Source: Myxococcota bacterium | GTDB lineage: Bacteria > Myxococcota_A > SURF-8 | Length of the DNA: 64,000 nt | NCBI GenBank assembly: GCA_963674735.2 | Contig: CAXXQS010000001.1 | Coordinates: 2,272,001 to 2,336,000 of the forward strand | Direction: 5' to 3' | Part shown: piece by piece, positions 18,219-27,998 of the stretch | Position numbering within the stretch: position 1 is the stretch's first letter | Layout: every line of letters starts with the position of its first letter | The notes under the pieces: generated by a model | Databases searched by the model: none | Told to the model about the DNA's origin: nothing | What the model saw: only the letters and a program-made list of their open reading frames with translations | Translations under genes and position numbers: made by a program

Positions 18219-20279
18219 ATGCGGATGAATCACAATCAAATGATCAGACTGTTCAGTCTTCGACCCCGCATTCGAGGGTTTGTGTTTGACCTGTTGGTTT
18301 TGGTCGTCCTCAATCTGATCCTCACACAGCCATCACAGGCCGCCGCTCCGATTCTCAAAGTACGCGGCGACAATCAGTATCCCCCCTATGAATTTGAAGA
18401 AGACGGCCAGCCGACCGGCTACAATCTCGATGTTTTTCGGGCCATCGCCGTCTCGATGGGTTTGAAGGCCGATATTCAGGTGGGGCCATGGAATCAGCTC
18501 CGCGACGATATCGAAAATGGGCGGATCGATGTATTGGCCATGTATCGTTCAATCGAGCGTGATAAACAGGTCGATTTTTCCAGCCCTCATATTCAGGTCT
18601 TTCATTCCTTGTTTGTCAGAAATGGTAGTAAAATTAAATCGATCGACGATTTAATCGATCAATCGGTAATCGTGCAACGAGGCGATATCATGCACGACTA
18701 CCTCCTGCAGCACCGGGTTGCAGGAGAAATCATCCCGGTCGAAAACCCGGTCGATGGGTTGCGCCTGCTCGCCTCCGGCCGCCACGACGCGGCGCTGTTC
18801 GCCAAACTCCAGGCTCTTTACACGATCCGGACTTACGATTTATCGAACCTCCGGTCCGTCGGTCCGGCCATGCTGCCGCGCGATTACTGTTTCGCCGTTC
18901 CGGAAGGACGCCAGGACCTGCTCGACAAACTGAACGAAGGGCTGCGTATCATCGCCGCCACCGGGGAATTGGACCGAATTCGCCATAAGTGGTTCGGCAA
19001 TTACGATAACCATCTCACCGGAGAAGAGGCTGTCCGTTACACGCTTTGGATCGGCATTCCTTTCCTGGCGCTTCTAGGCGCGATCCTGTTCTGGTCCTGG
19101 TCCCTGCGCCGTCAGGTTGCCGAGCGAACACGCGATTTACGCATCGAACTGTGGGAACGCCAGCATGCCGAAGAAGCTCTGCGGCTTAGCGAAAACTGGT
19201 TGGCCACGACGCTCAACAGCGTGGAAGAAGCCGTGATTGCAACCGATGAAAACGGAAACATTACGTTTCTGAACCGCTCGGCCCTGCAACTCACCGGTTG
19301 GGGACTGGACGAGGCAAACGGTCAGAAGCTGGAAAACGTCCTGCATATTCTGCCATCCGACGGAACCGCCCCGCTCAGTTCAATCGCCGAACGAATCATG
19401 GCCGGCGAGGTGAAAGATCTTTTCCCGCCTTTCGCCACTCTTCAAGATCGCACGGGAAATCCGCACCCCATCTCGCTCTCGGCGGCTCCGATTGTGGATG
19501 ATCGCGACCAAACGCTGGGAGCGGTGCTCGCCTGTCGCGATATCAGCGACACCTTGCGCATGGAAGCCCTGCTGCGCCATCAACAGAAACAGGAGGCGTT
19601 GGGCACGATGGCCAGTGGGGTCGCCCACGAAATCAACAACCCCATCAACGTGATCATGAATTACGGTGAATTGATCCGGCAACTGACAAACGAAGGATCC
19701 GAGATCGATGCAAATGCAGTTGAGATCATTACCGAAAGCAAACGCATCGCCACGATTGTCAGCAATCTCCTGGTGTTTGCCCGGCAAGAAGGCGTGGAAC
19801 GCGATGCCCATCCGCTCGACCAAACCATCATTTCCACCACTTCGCTGTTACACCAAATGCTGGAAAAAGATCGTATTTCCCTCGACATCGAGCTTCCCGA
19901 TACGCTTCCCCAAACCGTAATGCAACCCCAACAGATTCAGCAGGTGCTGGTCAACTTGCTGTTGAATGCGCGCGATGCGCTCAATGCGCAATACACACAG
20001 GATCACCCCGATAAACGGATCCTCATCCAAGCCAGACAAACCACCACAAACGGACAACCCGTCGTCATCGTCAGCGTGACCGATTTCGGATGCGGCATTC
20101 CGGCCGATATCCGTTCCCGTATCTTCGATCCTTTCTTCACCACTAAAGGCCGCAACAGCAACCCCGGCCTCGGATTATCGATCAGTCACGGCATCATCAA
20201 AGACCACCAAGGCCGTTTGCTGCTGAGCAGTGAACCGGGCCACACGGTTTTTCTGATCGAGCTACCGGCCGCCGTCTAA
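18219..20279 (+). CDS. Sensor histidine kinase: family 3 solute-binding domain, TM, PAS, kinase
   Basis: YPPYEF binding-domain motif, GVAHEINNP H-box, DFGCGI, FDPFFTTK and GLGL. Start uncertain. Confidence 0.9.
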   Translation: MRMNHNQMIRLFSLRPRIRGFVFDLLVLVVLNLILTQPSQAAAPILKVRGDNQYPPYEFEEDGQPTGYNLDVFRAIAVSMGLKADIQVGPWNQLRDDIENGRIDVLAMYRSIERDKQVDFSSPHIQVFHSLFVRNGSKIKSIDDLIDQSVIVQRGDIMHDYLLQHRVAGEIIPVENPVDGLRLLASGRHDAALFAKLQALYTIRTYDLSNLRSVGPAMLPRDYCFAVPEGRQDLLDKLNEGLRIIAATGELDRIRHKWFGNYDNHLTGEEAVRYTLWIGIPFLALLGAILFWSWSLRRQVAERTRDLRIELWERQHAEEALRLSENWLATTLNSVEEAVIATDENGNITFLNRSALQLTGWGLDEANGQKLENVLHILPSDGTAPLSSIAERIMAGEVKDLFPPFATLQDRTGNPHPISLSAAPIVDDRDQTLGAVLACRDISDTLRMEALLRHQQKQEALGTMASGVAHEINNPINVIMNYGELIRQLTNEGSEIDANAVEIITESKRIATIVSNLLVFARQEGVERDAHPLDQTIISTTSLLHQMLEKDRISLDIELPDTLPQTVMQPQQIQQVLVNLLLNARDALNAQYTQDHPDKRILIQARQTTTNGQPVVIVSVTDFGCGIPADIRSRIFDPFFTTKGRNSNPGLGLSISHGIIKDHQGRLLLSSEPGHTVFLIELPAAV

Positions 20280-20767
20280 CGCCAGTCCGTGCTGTCGCGG
20301 TCAGCGTGTCGGCAGTACTTCCGAATGAATCGGATAGGGGTTGAGAATCACGACGGCTTTCAACCCGGCGACGTCCGCCTCTGATGGCGCTCTCATTCAA
20401 GCATCGATGGCGGGTTAAGTATTTGGTATTCAAGCTGATTCGGGAGGACTTCGCCCCTTGTCGCACACTTCCACAAGTCCAAATGGAATGGATGTACAAG
20501 CATTTAGATCTCATTTAGAGATGACGACGATAACCGGACCGAAAAGGAGAAACGCAAACCGGAAGCCCGGTTTCGTCCGAAAAAATGAACACGATCGCGA
20601 GCGGGTGAGAAGAAAAAACGAAGACGAAAGCGAAACCCTTTTGCGCCCCAACCTTGGCTCGCTCTTGTTTAATCTAATTTTATATTAATTATTTGCATTT
20701 ATATCTTAATTTAATATAATATTACTGCGATTTGATTAAGTTTGAATGGGCAGAAAGGACGTATTCC

Positions 20768-22276
20768 ATGTCGGGCATATTCGAACAACTCGTTGCGAAA
20801 CTGCGGGAGATTTCCGACTTGCAGAACATCGAAGGCCTGCTGGGCTGGGACCAACAGACCTACATGCCGCCTAAAGGCAACGATGCCCGTTCACGGCACA
20901 TCGCCCTGCTCTCAGCGCTCGCGCATCAGAAAACCTGCGACCCCCAATTGGGTCAGTTCATGGACGACCTGGCCGCCGATGCCTCCTTGAACGAGGAACA
21001 GCAGGCCCTTTTACGCGAAGCCAAACACGACCGCGACAAAGCCGTCAAGGTACCGACGGACCTCGTCCACGAAATCGCCGAAACGGCCGGACAATCCCAC
21101 GCCGTGTGGGTCGAGGCGCGTGGCAAAAACGATTTCAACCTCTTCGCCCCATACTTGAAGAAGTTGATCGACCTCAAAAAACGGGAAGCCGAGGCCATCG
21201 GTTATCCCAGCGACGGCCAGCCCTACGACGTCTTGCTCGACAACTTCGAACCCGGCGCCACCGTCGACAAATTGAACCCGGTCATCACCGAAACCCGTGA
21301 AATCTGCCGTAAAGCGGTGCAGGCGATCACGGCGGCTCCCAAACAGCCCCATCTCGACATTCTGAAGCGCTTTTTCGGCGAGGACGGCCAGGAAAAATTC
21401 GGCACGATGATCCTGCCGCAGCTGGGCTACGATCTGCAAGCCGGACGCCTCGACCGCTCGGTGCATCCGTTCACCTCGGGGTTCGATGTCAACGACGTGC
21501 GCATCACCACTCGTTATCAGGAAAACTGGCTGCCCGCTTCCGTCTTCGGCATCATCCACGAAACCGGGCATGCCCTCTACGAGCAGGGTTTACCGGTCGA
21601 GCATGTCGGAACGCCGCTGGCGCAGGCCTTGTCCCTGGGTTTTCACGAATCGCAATCGCGTTTCTGGGAAAACCAGATCGGCCGCAGCCTGCCCTTCTGG
21701 GAAAAATTCTATCCGGCGCTCAAGCAGATCTTCCCCACGGCGCTCAGCAACACGTCGCTTGAGGAATTCTATTTCGCCATCAATACCGTCGTGCCTTCGC
21801 TGGTGCGTGTCGAAGCCGACGAAGTCACCTACAACCTGCACATCGTCGTCCGCTACGAAGTGGAACAAGCCATGTTCAACGGGCAGGTGCCGGTGGACGA
21901 TCTGCCGGATCTGTGGAACCAGAAGATGGAAGATTACCTCGGTTTGCGTCCTGCCAGCAACGCCGAAGGCATCCTGCAGGACATCCACTGGTCCTTCGGC
22001 GGGTTCGGCTATTTCCCCACCTATCTCCTGGGAAATCTGTACGCCGCCCAGTGGACTGCCGCCCTGCGCAAAGACATGCCGGACCTGGACGCCAAGATCC
22101 GCGCCGCTGATTTCATTCCGATTCGCGACTGGATGCGGGAAAAAATTCACCGCCATGGCCGCCGCTACACGGCCGACGAGCTGTGCACGCGAATTACCGG
22201 CGAAACCCTGAACCCGGACCACTTCGGGCAGTACCTGAAAGACCGTTTCGCTCCGCTTTACAACATCACCTGGTAA
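20768..22276 (+). CDS. Carboxypeptidase M32 (Taq-like)
   Basis: HPF, DVRITT, HETGH, HESQ, RVEADE and GYFPTY motifs. Confidence 0.95.
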   Translation: MSGIFEQLVAKLREISDLQNIEGLLGWDQQTYMPPKGNDARSRHIALLSALAHQKTCDPQLGQFMDDLAADASLNEEQQALLREAKHDRDKAVKVPTDLVHEIAETAGQSHAVWVEARGKNDFNLFAPYLKKLIDLKKREAEAIGYPSDGQPYDVLLDNFEPGATVDKLNPVITETREICRKAVQAITAAPKQPHLDILKRFFGEDGQEKFGTMILPQLGYDLQAGRLDRSVHPFTSGFDVNDVRITTRYQENWLPASVFGIIHETGHALYEQGLPVEHVGTPLAQALSLGFHESQSRFWENQIGRSLPFWEKFYPALKQIFPTALSNTSLEEFYFAINTVVPSLVRVEADEVTYNLHIVVRYEVEQAMFNGQVPVDDLPDLWNQKMEDYLGLRPASNAEGILQDIHWSFGGFGYFPTYLLGNLYAAQWTAALRKDMPDLDAKIRAADFIPIRDWMREKIHRHGRRYTADELCTRITGETLNPDHFGQYLKDRFAPLYNITW

Positions 22277-22587
22277 CGCATCGGACAAGCGAATCGCATT
22301 CGGATCGCCCTCCCTTGGCTCGCCCATCTCGAAAAACCGCCCCCGTGCGTCCCGAAATCGGGAATGTCGCGCCTCTCTGTGAAGTCTAACAAGATGTGAC
22401 CGCCACGGATGCACCATTCGGACATCCACCCAGAGGACACCGCCGACCCTTCTCGGCTCTTTGAAGATTCCGAAATTTGCCTTTCATGCCGAACGGAACT
22501 CACGTCTTGGCGCGAATGAAAGTGAATGAATCCGCCGAGCCATGCGTCTAATAAATCGGTCCTCTGAAACCATTAGGAGACTTCACC

Positions 22588-24024
22588 ATGCCGCTCGAAT
22601 TCCCCAAGCAGGCTCGTTGGTTGAACGTCGGTCGCCCCATCACCATCGACGAACTCAAGGGCCGTATCGTGATTCTGGACTTCTGGACCTACTGTTGTAT
22701 CAACAGCTTACACAATCTCCCGCACCTCGCGGAAATCGACAGCCGTTACGCCGACCAGCCGGTGACCGTCATCGGCGTTCATTCCAGCAAATTCGAACAG
22801 GAACGCGACGATAGCAAGGTGATGCAGGCCTTGGCGAAATACGACGTGCGTCATCCGGTGGTGATGGACGACGATTATGCCATCTGGAAGAAGTGGAACG
22901 TGCGCGCCTGGCCGACACTTGTCATTCTGAAACCCAACGGCAGCATGGCCCAAACCATCACCGGCGAAACCGAACCCGGCCAGTTGGAAACGATCATCGA
23001 AGGATTGCTGGCCGAGGGAAAACGGGACAACACCCTCATCGCCAAACCCGGACGAAAAATCAAACCCATGGCATCGCGACAGCTTCTCCTGCGTTTTCCG
23101 GGGAAAGTGCACGCCGAGCGCGAGCGCCTGTTCATTGCCGATTCCGGCCACCACCGGCTGCTCGTCACGGACCTGGCGGGCGTCATCCGGCAGGTGATCG
23201 GCGGACCGGAAGCCGGGTTCGTCGAGGGCGATTTCAGCAGCGCGCGTTTCAACGACCCGCAGGGAATGGTTTTGAAAAACAGTACCTTGTATGTCGCCGA
23301 CCGCGCCAATCACGCCATTCGAGCACTCGATCTCGACCGGCAGACCGTCACCACCTTGGCCGGTACCGGCCAGAAAGGGCGCGGCTATTCCCGGGGCGGA
23401 CCGGCCCTCACCACCCCGTTGCGCTCTCCGTGGGATCTGGTGCTGCGCGGAAACGGTTTGGACATCGCCATGGCCGGTAGCCACCAGATCTGGCGCTATC
23501 GCTTCGAATCGCGGGAGTTGAGCGTGCTGGCGGGCGACGGCGTCGAGCGATTGGGCGACGGCAAGCTCCTGCAAGCCTCGTTCGCCCAGCCGTCCGGCCT
23601 GTGGCTCGACGGCCCCACCCTTTACGTCGCGGATAGCGAAACCAGTTCCATCCGGGCCTTGCACACCAAAGCCGAACGCGTCACCACCCTGGTGGGCACC
23701 GGACTGTACGATTTCGGGCGTGCCGACGGTCGCGGACGCCTGGCCCAATTGCAGCATCCGCTCGGCGTAACGGGTCGCGATGATCGGCTTTACGTGGCGG
23801 ACAGCTTCAACAACCTGATTCGCACCATCGATCTGGAGGGAGACGGCGACGTTTCGGTCGACACCCTGGAATTGAAGGGAGTAACGGAACTCAACGAGCC
23901 TTCCGGACTGTCCGTGTTCGAAAACACGTTGTACATGGCCGACACCAACCATCACCGGATTCTGACGGTCGATCTGCTCACCCACGAAACGCGGGAACTG
24001 TCCTTGTCTTTCCCGGAAGATTGA
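22588..24024 (+). CDS. Thioredoxin-like + NHL-repeat protein (SOQ1/NHLRC2-like)
   Basis: LDFWTYCCIN, GVHSSKF and AWPT motifs; NHL repeats FIADSGHH, YVADSE and LQHPLGV. Confidence 0.9.
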   Translation: MPLEFPKQARWLNVGRPITIDELKGRIVILDFWTYCCINSLHNLPHLAEIDSRYADQPVTVIGVHSSKFEQERDDSKVMQALAKYDVRHPVVMDDDYAIWKKWNVRAWPTLVILKPNGSMAQTITGETEPGQLETIIEGLLAEGKRDNTLIAKPGRKIKPMASRQLLLRFPGKVHAERERLFIADSGHHRLLVTDLAGVIRQVIGGPEAGFVEGDFSSARFNDPQGMVLKNSTLYVADRANHAIRALDLDRQTVTTLAGTGQKGRGYSRGGPALTTPLRSPWDLVLRGNGLDIAMAGSHQIWRYRFESRELSVLAGDGVERLGDGKLLQASFAQPSGLWLDGPTLYVADSETSSIRALHTKAERVTTLVGTGLYDFGRADGRGRLAQLQHPLGVTGRDDRLYVADSFNNLIRTIDLEGDGDVSVDTLELKGVTELNEPSGLSVFENTLYMADTNHHRILTVDLLTHETRELSLSFPED

Positions 24025-24048
24025 GAAGGGAAAAAGGTCAGGCGGGGT

Positions 24049-24534
24049 TTAATCCGGTTGCGCGGTTTCGGCCAACGATTCGTCGAACGGAGGCGAAATA
24101 ATCGCCTTCGGTCGCACGAACCAACCATACAGTTTGCAACCCAAGCAGAAATTCACCCCGGCTTCAAGCGCCGCAAAAGCCATGAGATTTCCTAAAACGA
24201 CTTGCCACATCCACCCATTTCCAAACAGCAGCAGCACCATGACAATCGAACTCATCGAAAAACCGAGAATTCCGGCAAAACGTTTCGGGGCGGCATTGAT
24301 CCGGATATCTTTCACGGCAAAGAGGGATAGCAGCGCGTCGCTCAAACGCATTGACAGGCTGTAGCGCGGCTTGTTCAGCACATCACGCAGCAGAAAATCC
24401 GAAATGAGGATGACGCCGAACCATGGCTCGGCCGTGGCCAACCAGGTAGACGCCAGCGCCACCACCCACAAGGCGTTGAGACGCGCTCGATATTCCCCGG
24501 TAAAATCAGACGAGATCGGGCAATGCGCCGGCAT
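24049..24534 (-). CDS. DUF4395 family membrane protein
   Basis: ARLNA, PKRFA and LEAGVNFCLGCKLY motifs. Confidence 0.8.
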   Translation of the reverse strand: MPAHCPISSDFTGEYRARLNALWVVALASTWLATAEPWFGVILISDFLLRDVLNKPRYSLSMRLSDALLSLFAVKDIRINAAPKRFAGILGFSMSSIVMVLLLFGNGWMWQVVLGNLMAFAALEAGVNFCLGCKLYGWFVRPKAIISPPFDESLAETAQPD

Positions 24535-24690
24535 ATTCGCCTCCTGCGACAGTCTGTCGAATGTACAGACTATTTCCTACACTGATCCGGTCGATTCAAC
24601 GAACCGACATTCTAATTAGAAACAATGTCAGCCCGATTTATTTCATCGATTTCAAGTAGGAAAGGCAAGACCGCCCGGAATGGAGGTCGG

Positions 24691-24716
24691 GCTGGAGCGC
24701 GTCTCCGACGGGTTTC
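24691..24716 (+). repeat. Degenerate REP-like element
   Basis: GCTGGAGCGCGTCTCCGACGGGTTTC matches the copies at 26134, 38877, 52180 and 63558. Confidence 0.65.
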
Positions 24717-24965
24717 TCGCCAAGCGCAAAGAAATCATGCCCCCGATCGAATGGCTGTTTCCGTATCGTGGCCACTCGCACTTAGCGCCATCACCCAACA
24801 AGATATCTGAAACCTTCCATAATAAAACAAGGTATTATAGGATTCAGGTAGCATCAATCAATCGGAACCCCGCCGCTGATCGGAACAGCCCCCCGGGGTC
24901 GGACTTCGCATGTCACTTGGATCGGATGGCTTTTCAATTCGATATCCATCCGAAAGGAGAGAATC

Positions 24966-25853
24966 ATGTCATGGGATAATGTGGCCGTATGGATGGAAAA
25001 AGAAATGACCAAACCGCTTTTCACGGTTGCCGGAACGGAAGTATCCGTCTTTTCCGTCTTCATTTTTCTTCTGATACTGGCGATCTCGTTAATCGTGTCG
25101 CTGATTATTCAGCGTACCTTGAAACGCACGTTTTCGAAACGATTCGAGAAGAAGCTCGGAACGATCGCCGCGATGCAAAGGCTCACCCATTACGTCGTCA
25201 TGTTGATCGGGTTGGGCATGGGAATGCAATTTGTCGGAGTCAACATGAACGCCCTCTTTGCGGCGGGTGCGGTTTTCGCCATTGCCGCTGGCTTTGCCAT
25301 GCAGAATATCGTTCAAAATTTCGTATCGGGCATCATTTTGCTTATTGAACAAACGATCAAACCGGGAGACATTCTTGAAGTCGATGGGACCGTTGTGAAA
25401 GTCATTGAAATGGGAATCCGGACGACCGTCGGCCGAACCCTTCTGGAAGAAGATATCATCATTCCGAATTCCAATCTCTCGCAGGCCAATGTAAAGAATT
25501 TAACCTTCAAAGATGATGTTTTCTGGATAGGCGCCAAAGTCGGGGTGATATACAGTTCGGATATAAATCGGGTCATTGAGGTTTTAACGGATACCGCCGA
25601 GCAATTAGAATGGCGTGTCAAAGACAAGACCCCTTCGATCCTTTTAACGGAATTCGGCAGCTCGTCTGTGGATTTTGCCATTTGGGTTGCGCTTCCAAGC
25701 CCCTGGAGAAAGCGTTTTTATGTTTCCGAGCTGAACAAGGCCATCTGGTTTGCCTTTAAAGAGGCCGGAATTACGATCGCGTTCCCTCAGGTGGATGTCC
25801 ATTTCGACCCACCGATAAACCAGGCCGTGGGGAGTTTGCGCAGCATCGGTTAA
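24966..25853 (+). CDS. mscS: Small-conductance mechanosensitive channel family protein
   Basis: GFAMQNIVQNFVSGIILL, IKPGD, IIIPNS and GITIAFPQ motifs; more AT-rich than its neighbours. Confidence 0.9.
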   Translation: MSWDNVAVWMEKEMTKPLFTVAGTEVSVFSVFIFLLILAISLIVSLIIQRTLKRTFSKRFEKKLGTIAAMQRLTHYVVMLIGLGMGMQFVGVNMNALFAAGAVFAIAAGFAMQNIVQNFVSGIILLIEQTIKPGDILEVDGTVVKVIEMGIRTTVGRTLLEEDIIIPNSNLSQANVKNLTFKDDVFWIGAKVGVIYSSDINRVIEVLTDTAEQLEWRVKDKTPSILLTEFGSSSVDFAIWVALPSPWRKRFYVSELNKAIWFAFKEAGITIAFPQVDVHFDPPINQAVGSLRSIG

Positions 25854-25922
25854 GGGCGGGCGCATCAACCGTGGACTGCATCGCTCAAGTGATTTCTCGC
25901 AGCGAAATTGGTCCGGGCGGGC

Positions 25923-25994
25923 GGGTGGCCGTGACAAGCCCTGAGCTTTGAAAACACGATTGGGTGGCATGGGCTAAGCGATAGCTTGCCCATG
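25923..25994 (+). repeat. Tandem GGGTGG-footed REP-like hairpins upstream of the RAYT fragment
   Basis: GGGTGGCCGTGACAAGC...CACG and GGGTGGCATGGGCTAAGCGATAGCTTGCCCATG. Confidence 0.6.
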
Positions 25995-26021
25995 TGGAGA
26001 ACTCCTGATAAAGTGCATCTC

Positions 26022-26133
26022 ATGGAAAAGTACAGAAGAAAGAACAAGCACTATAACGATCCGGGTCATGTGCATGAATTGACGTTTTCCTGTTATCGCT
26101 GTTTACCGCTATTGAAAAATGAGCGTTCCCCGT
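26022..26133 (+). pseudogene. N-terminal fragment of a REP-associated tyrosine transposase (RAYT/Y1)
   Basis: MEKYRRKNKHYNDPGHVHELTFSCYRCLPLL resembles the RAYT N-terminus. Similarity ends at the REP at 26134, before any HUH motif. Confidence 0.7.
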
Positions 26134-26160
26134 GTTGGAGCGCGTCTGCGACGGGCTCCA
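26134..26160 (+). repeat. REP-like palindrome
   Basis: GTTGGAGCGCGTCTGCGACGGGCTCCA. Confidence 0.75.
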
Positions 26161-26951
26161 GGCTTTCCGTCCGTTTTTCGCTCCCTGCGCCGTTGTGGCA
26201 ATTGGCCGTGACACACGAACTTCGTCGATTCGACAAAATCGAGTGGACAGGCCTAATTTTTGCCGCTTTACCGGGTGCAGATCGTTTTTCGCTCAAAGCG
26301 CTCGCTGCGCCGTTTAACGGGAGCCGTTTTCGCTTTTCGCGAAATCATTGGGTTTTTCGGCCTCAAATCGAGGGGTAAAGTAGCAATCCACGGGAAATAC
26401 TAGGTTGGGCGTAATACGTCACATCGATGCAGCCGGGGAGCGTGCGTTTCGCGGTCGGCTCCCAGCCCGGAAACGTGAAGCCATTCGCCGTTGTATAACT
26501 GTTTCGCTTGTGTTCTCAGTATGTTAAGCGCCACTCGAAGAATTTCGAATCGGGCGAATACACCCGCTGCGGAGGCTCGAAAAACGCGATTGGCCCCTGG
26601 ACCTATAGTATACTAAATATAATATATATAATATCCTCATGTTATGAACAACGAAACAGCTGATATCACAGGGAAATCCGGAAACCAGCCGGACAGAGTC
26701 GAACTAGCATCGAAAAATACGGACGAAACACATCATTTTCACTGTAATACCATCTACTTGCAAAGGTGGTGGCGAGAAAAGGAGGACCTTTTCGTCGTCT
26801 TTTCCCTTGGCTCAACCCCGGAGATGGGACGGCCGCCGTCTGCGGGACGTAGCAAGGGCGGTTTGAGCCGCCTGTCGGTCTGGTGGACCAAGCTTGGCAG
26901 CGTGCCGAAGCGCATTGAAAAGGGAATTCCCAAACCCGCTCCGCCCGCTTG

Positions 26952-27566
26952 TCAGAATGAGAGACCTCGACGACCGATGGTCCAACGGATGTAAAGCATC
27001 GCACCCGTCATGACCGGTGGAACATCGAAGGCATGACCGTCGTTGCCAGTCATGTCATCACGGAAATGCAGGTTGATCGGCGCACTAACACCCGCTCCGA
27101 TGGAGCCGAGATCGGTATGGTAGATGTATTGCAGGTGGGGTTCAAGCGACAGGGTTGGATGAAAGGCGTTCATGTGAAACAGGAAGTAGTCCATACCCAC
27201 AAACGCGCCGATCTGCAGATCGTGACGAAAATCCGCCGACAGCGGGATGCGCAGCCCACCGCGCGTTCCCAAACCTACAAAACCGGCGAAAAAAACGGGG
27301 TGCAGTTCCAGCACGCTCCAGTAGGCGTAGGGCCAGTACAGGTTGAAAAACAACAGATCGACCTTCACGGTACCGCGCTCGACCTTCACCTCTCCGTCCT
27401 GCGCGTCGATATTGAAAAAGAGACCGCCGCCGCCGATGTTCATGCCGAACCATTCGACGCCCCGTTCCAGCGGCGAGCCCACCTCGACCTCTTCGGCCAT
27501 CACCAAACCCGCCGGAGGCAGCACCAGCATCACCATCGACAAGAATAGACTAAGCGCAGCTTTCAT
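26952..27566 (-). CDS. Secreted hypothetical protein, possibly a small outer-membrane beta-barrel
   Basis: Signal peptide, alternating aromatic/Gly strands, C-terminal Phe. Confidence 0.55.
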   Translation of the reverse strand: MKAALSLFLSMVMLVLPPAGLVMAEEVEVGSPLERGVEWFGMNIGGGGLFFNIDAQDGEVKVERGTVKVDLLFFNLYWPYAYWSVLELHPVFFAGFVGLGTRGGLRIPLSADFRHDLQIGAFVGMDYFLFHMNAFHPTLSLEPHLQYIYHTDLGSIGAGVSAPINLHFRDDMTGNDGHAFDVPPVMTGAMLYIRWTIGRRGLSF

Positions 27567-27583
27567 CCCGCCTCATCACATTT

Positions 27584-27985
27584 TCAGTATTGCCGTTCGT
27601 AGTGCGTGCGGTCGTAGGGTTCGTCGCCGACACGCGTCCAATAACTGGCCGCTTGGCGGTCGAGCTTGCGTTTCAGTGGATCGCGGCCGATCAGCCGAAA
27701 CAGCAATCCCAGCGGTGTAAACGCCACCAGGAAAATCAAGCCCAGCAACACGCGCGTGTTCACCCAACCAAGGACCAGCCCCAGCAGCGTAAACACGATG
27801 TAAAGCGGCGTGATGACGATGGGAAAGGCGATGGCGAACAGTCCATAGAAGGAAAAGCCGGTCAAGACCGCCGCCGTCGTGAAGCTTTCTTTGTAATAAA
27901 ACAAACCCGCCAGCGCCCCGGCGATGATCAGGATGCCGATGGCGAAAATGCGCAGGTCTTTTTTCGTTCGTACTTTCGTATGCAT
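27584..27985 (-). CDS. SxtJ family membrane protein
   Basis: LGWVNTRVLLGLIF, TPLGLLFRLIGRDPL and YW...YERQY motifs; lies next to a carbamoyltransferase. Confidence 0.85.
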   Translation of the reverse strand: MHTKVRTKKDLRIFAIGILIIAGALAGLFYYKESFTTAAVLTGFSFYGLFAIAFPIVITPLYIVFTLLGLVLGWVNTRVLLGLIFLVAFTPLGLLFRLIGRDPLKRKLDRQAASYWTRVGDEPYDRTHYERQY

Positions 27986-27998
27986 AGGCGGACCTCAC

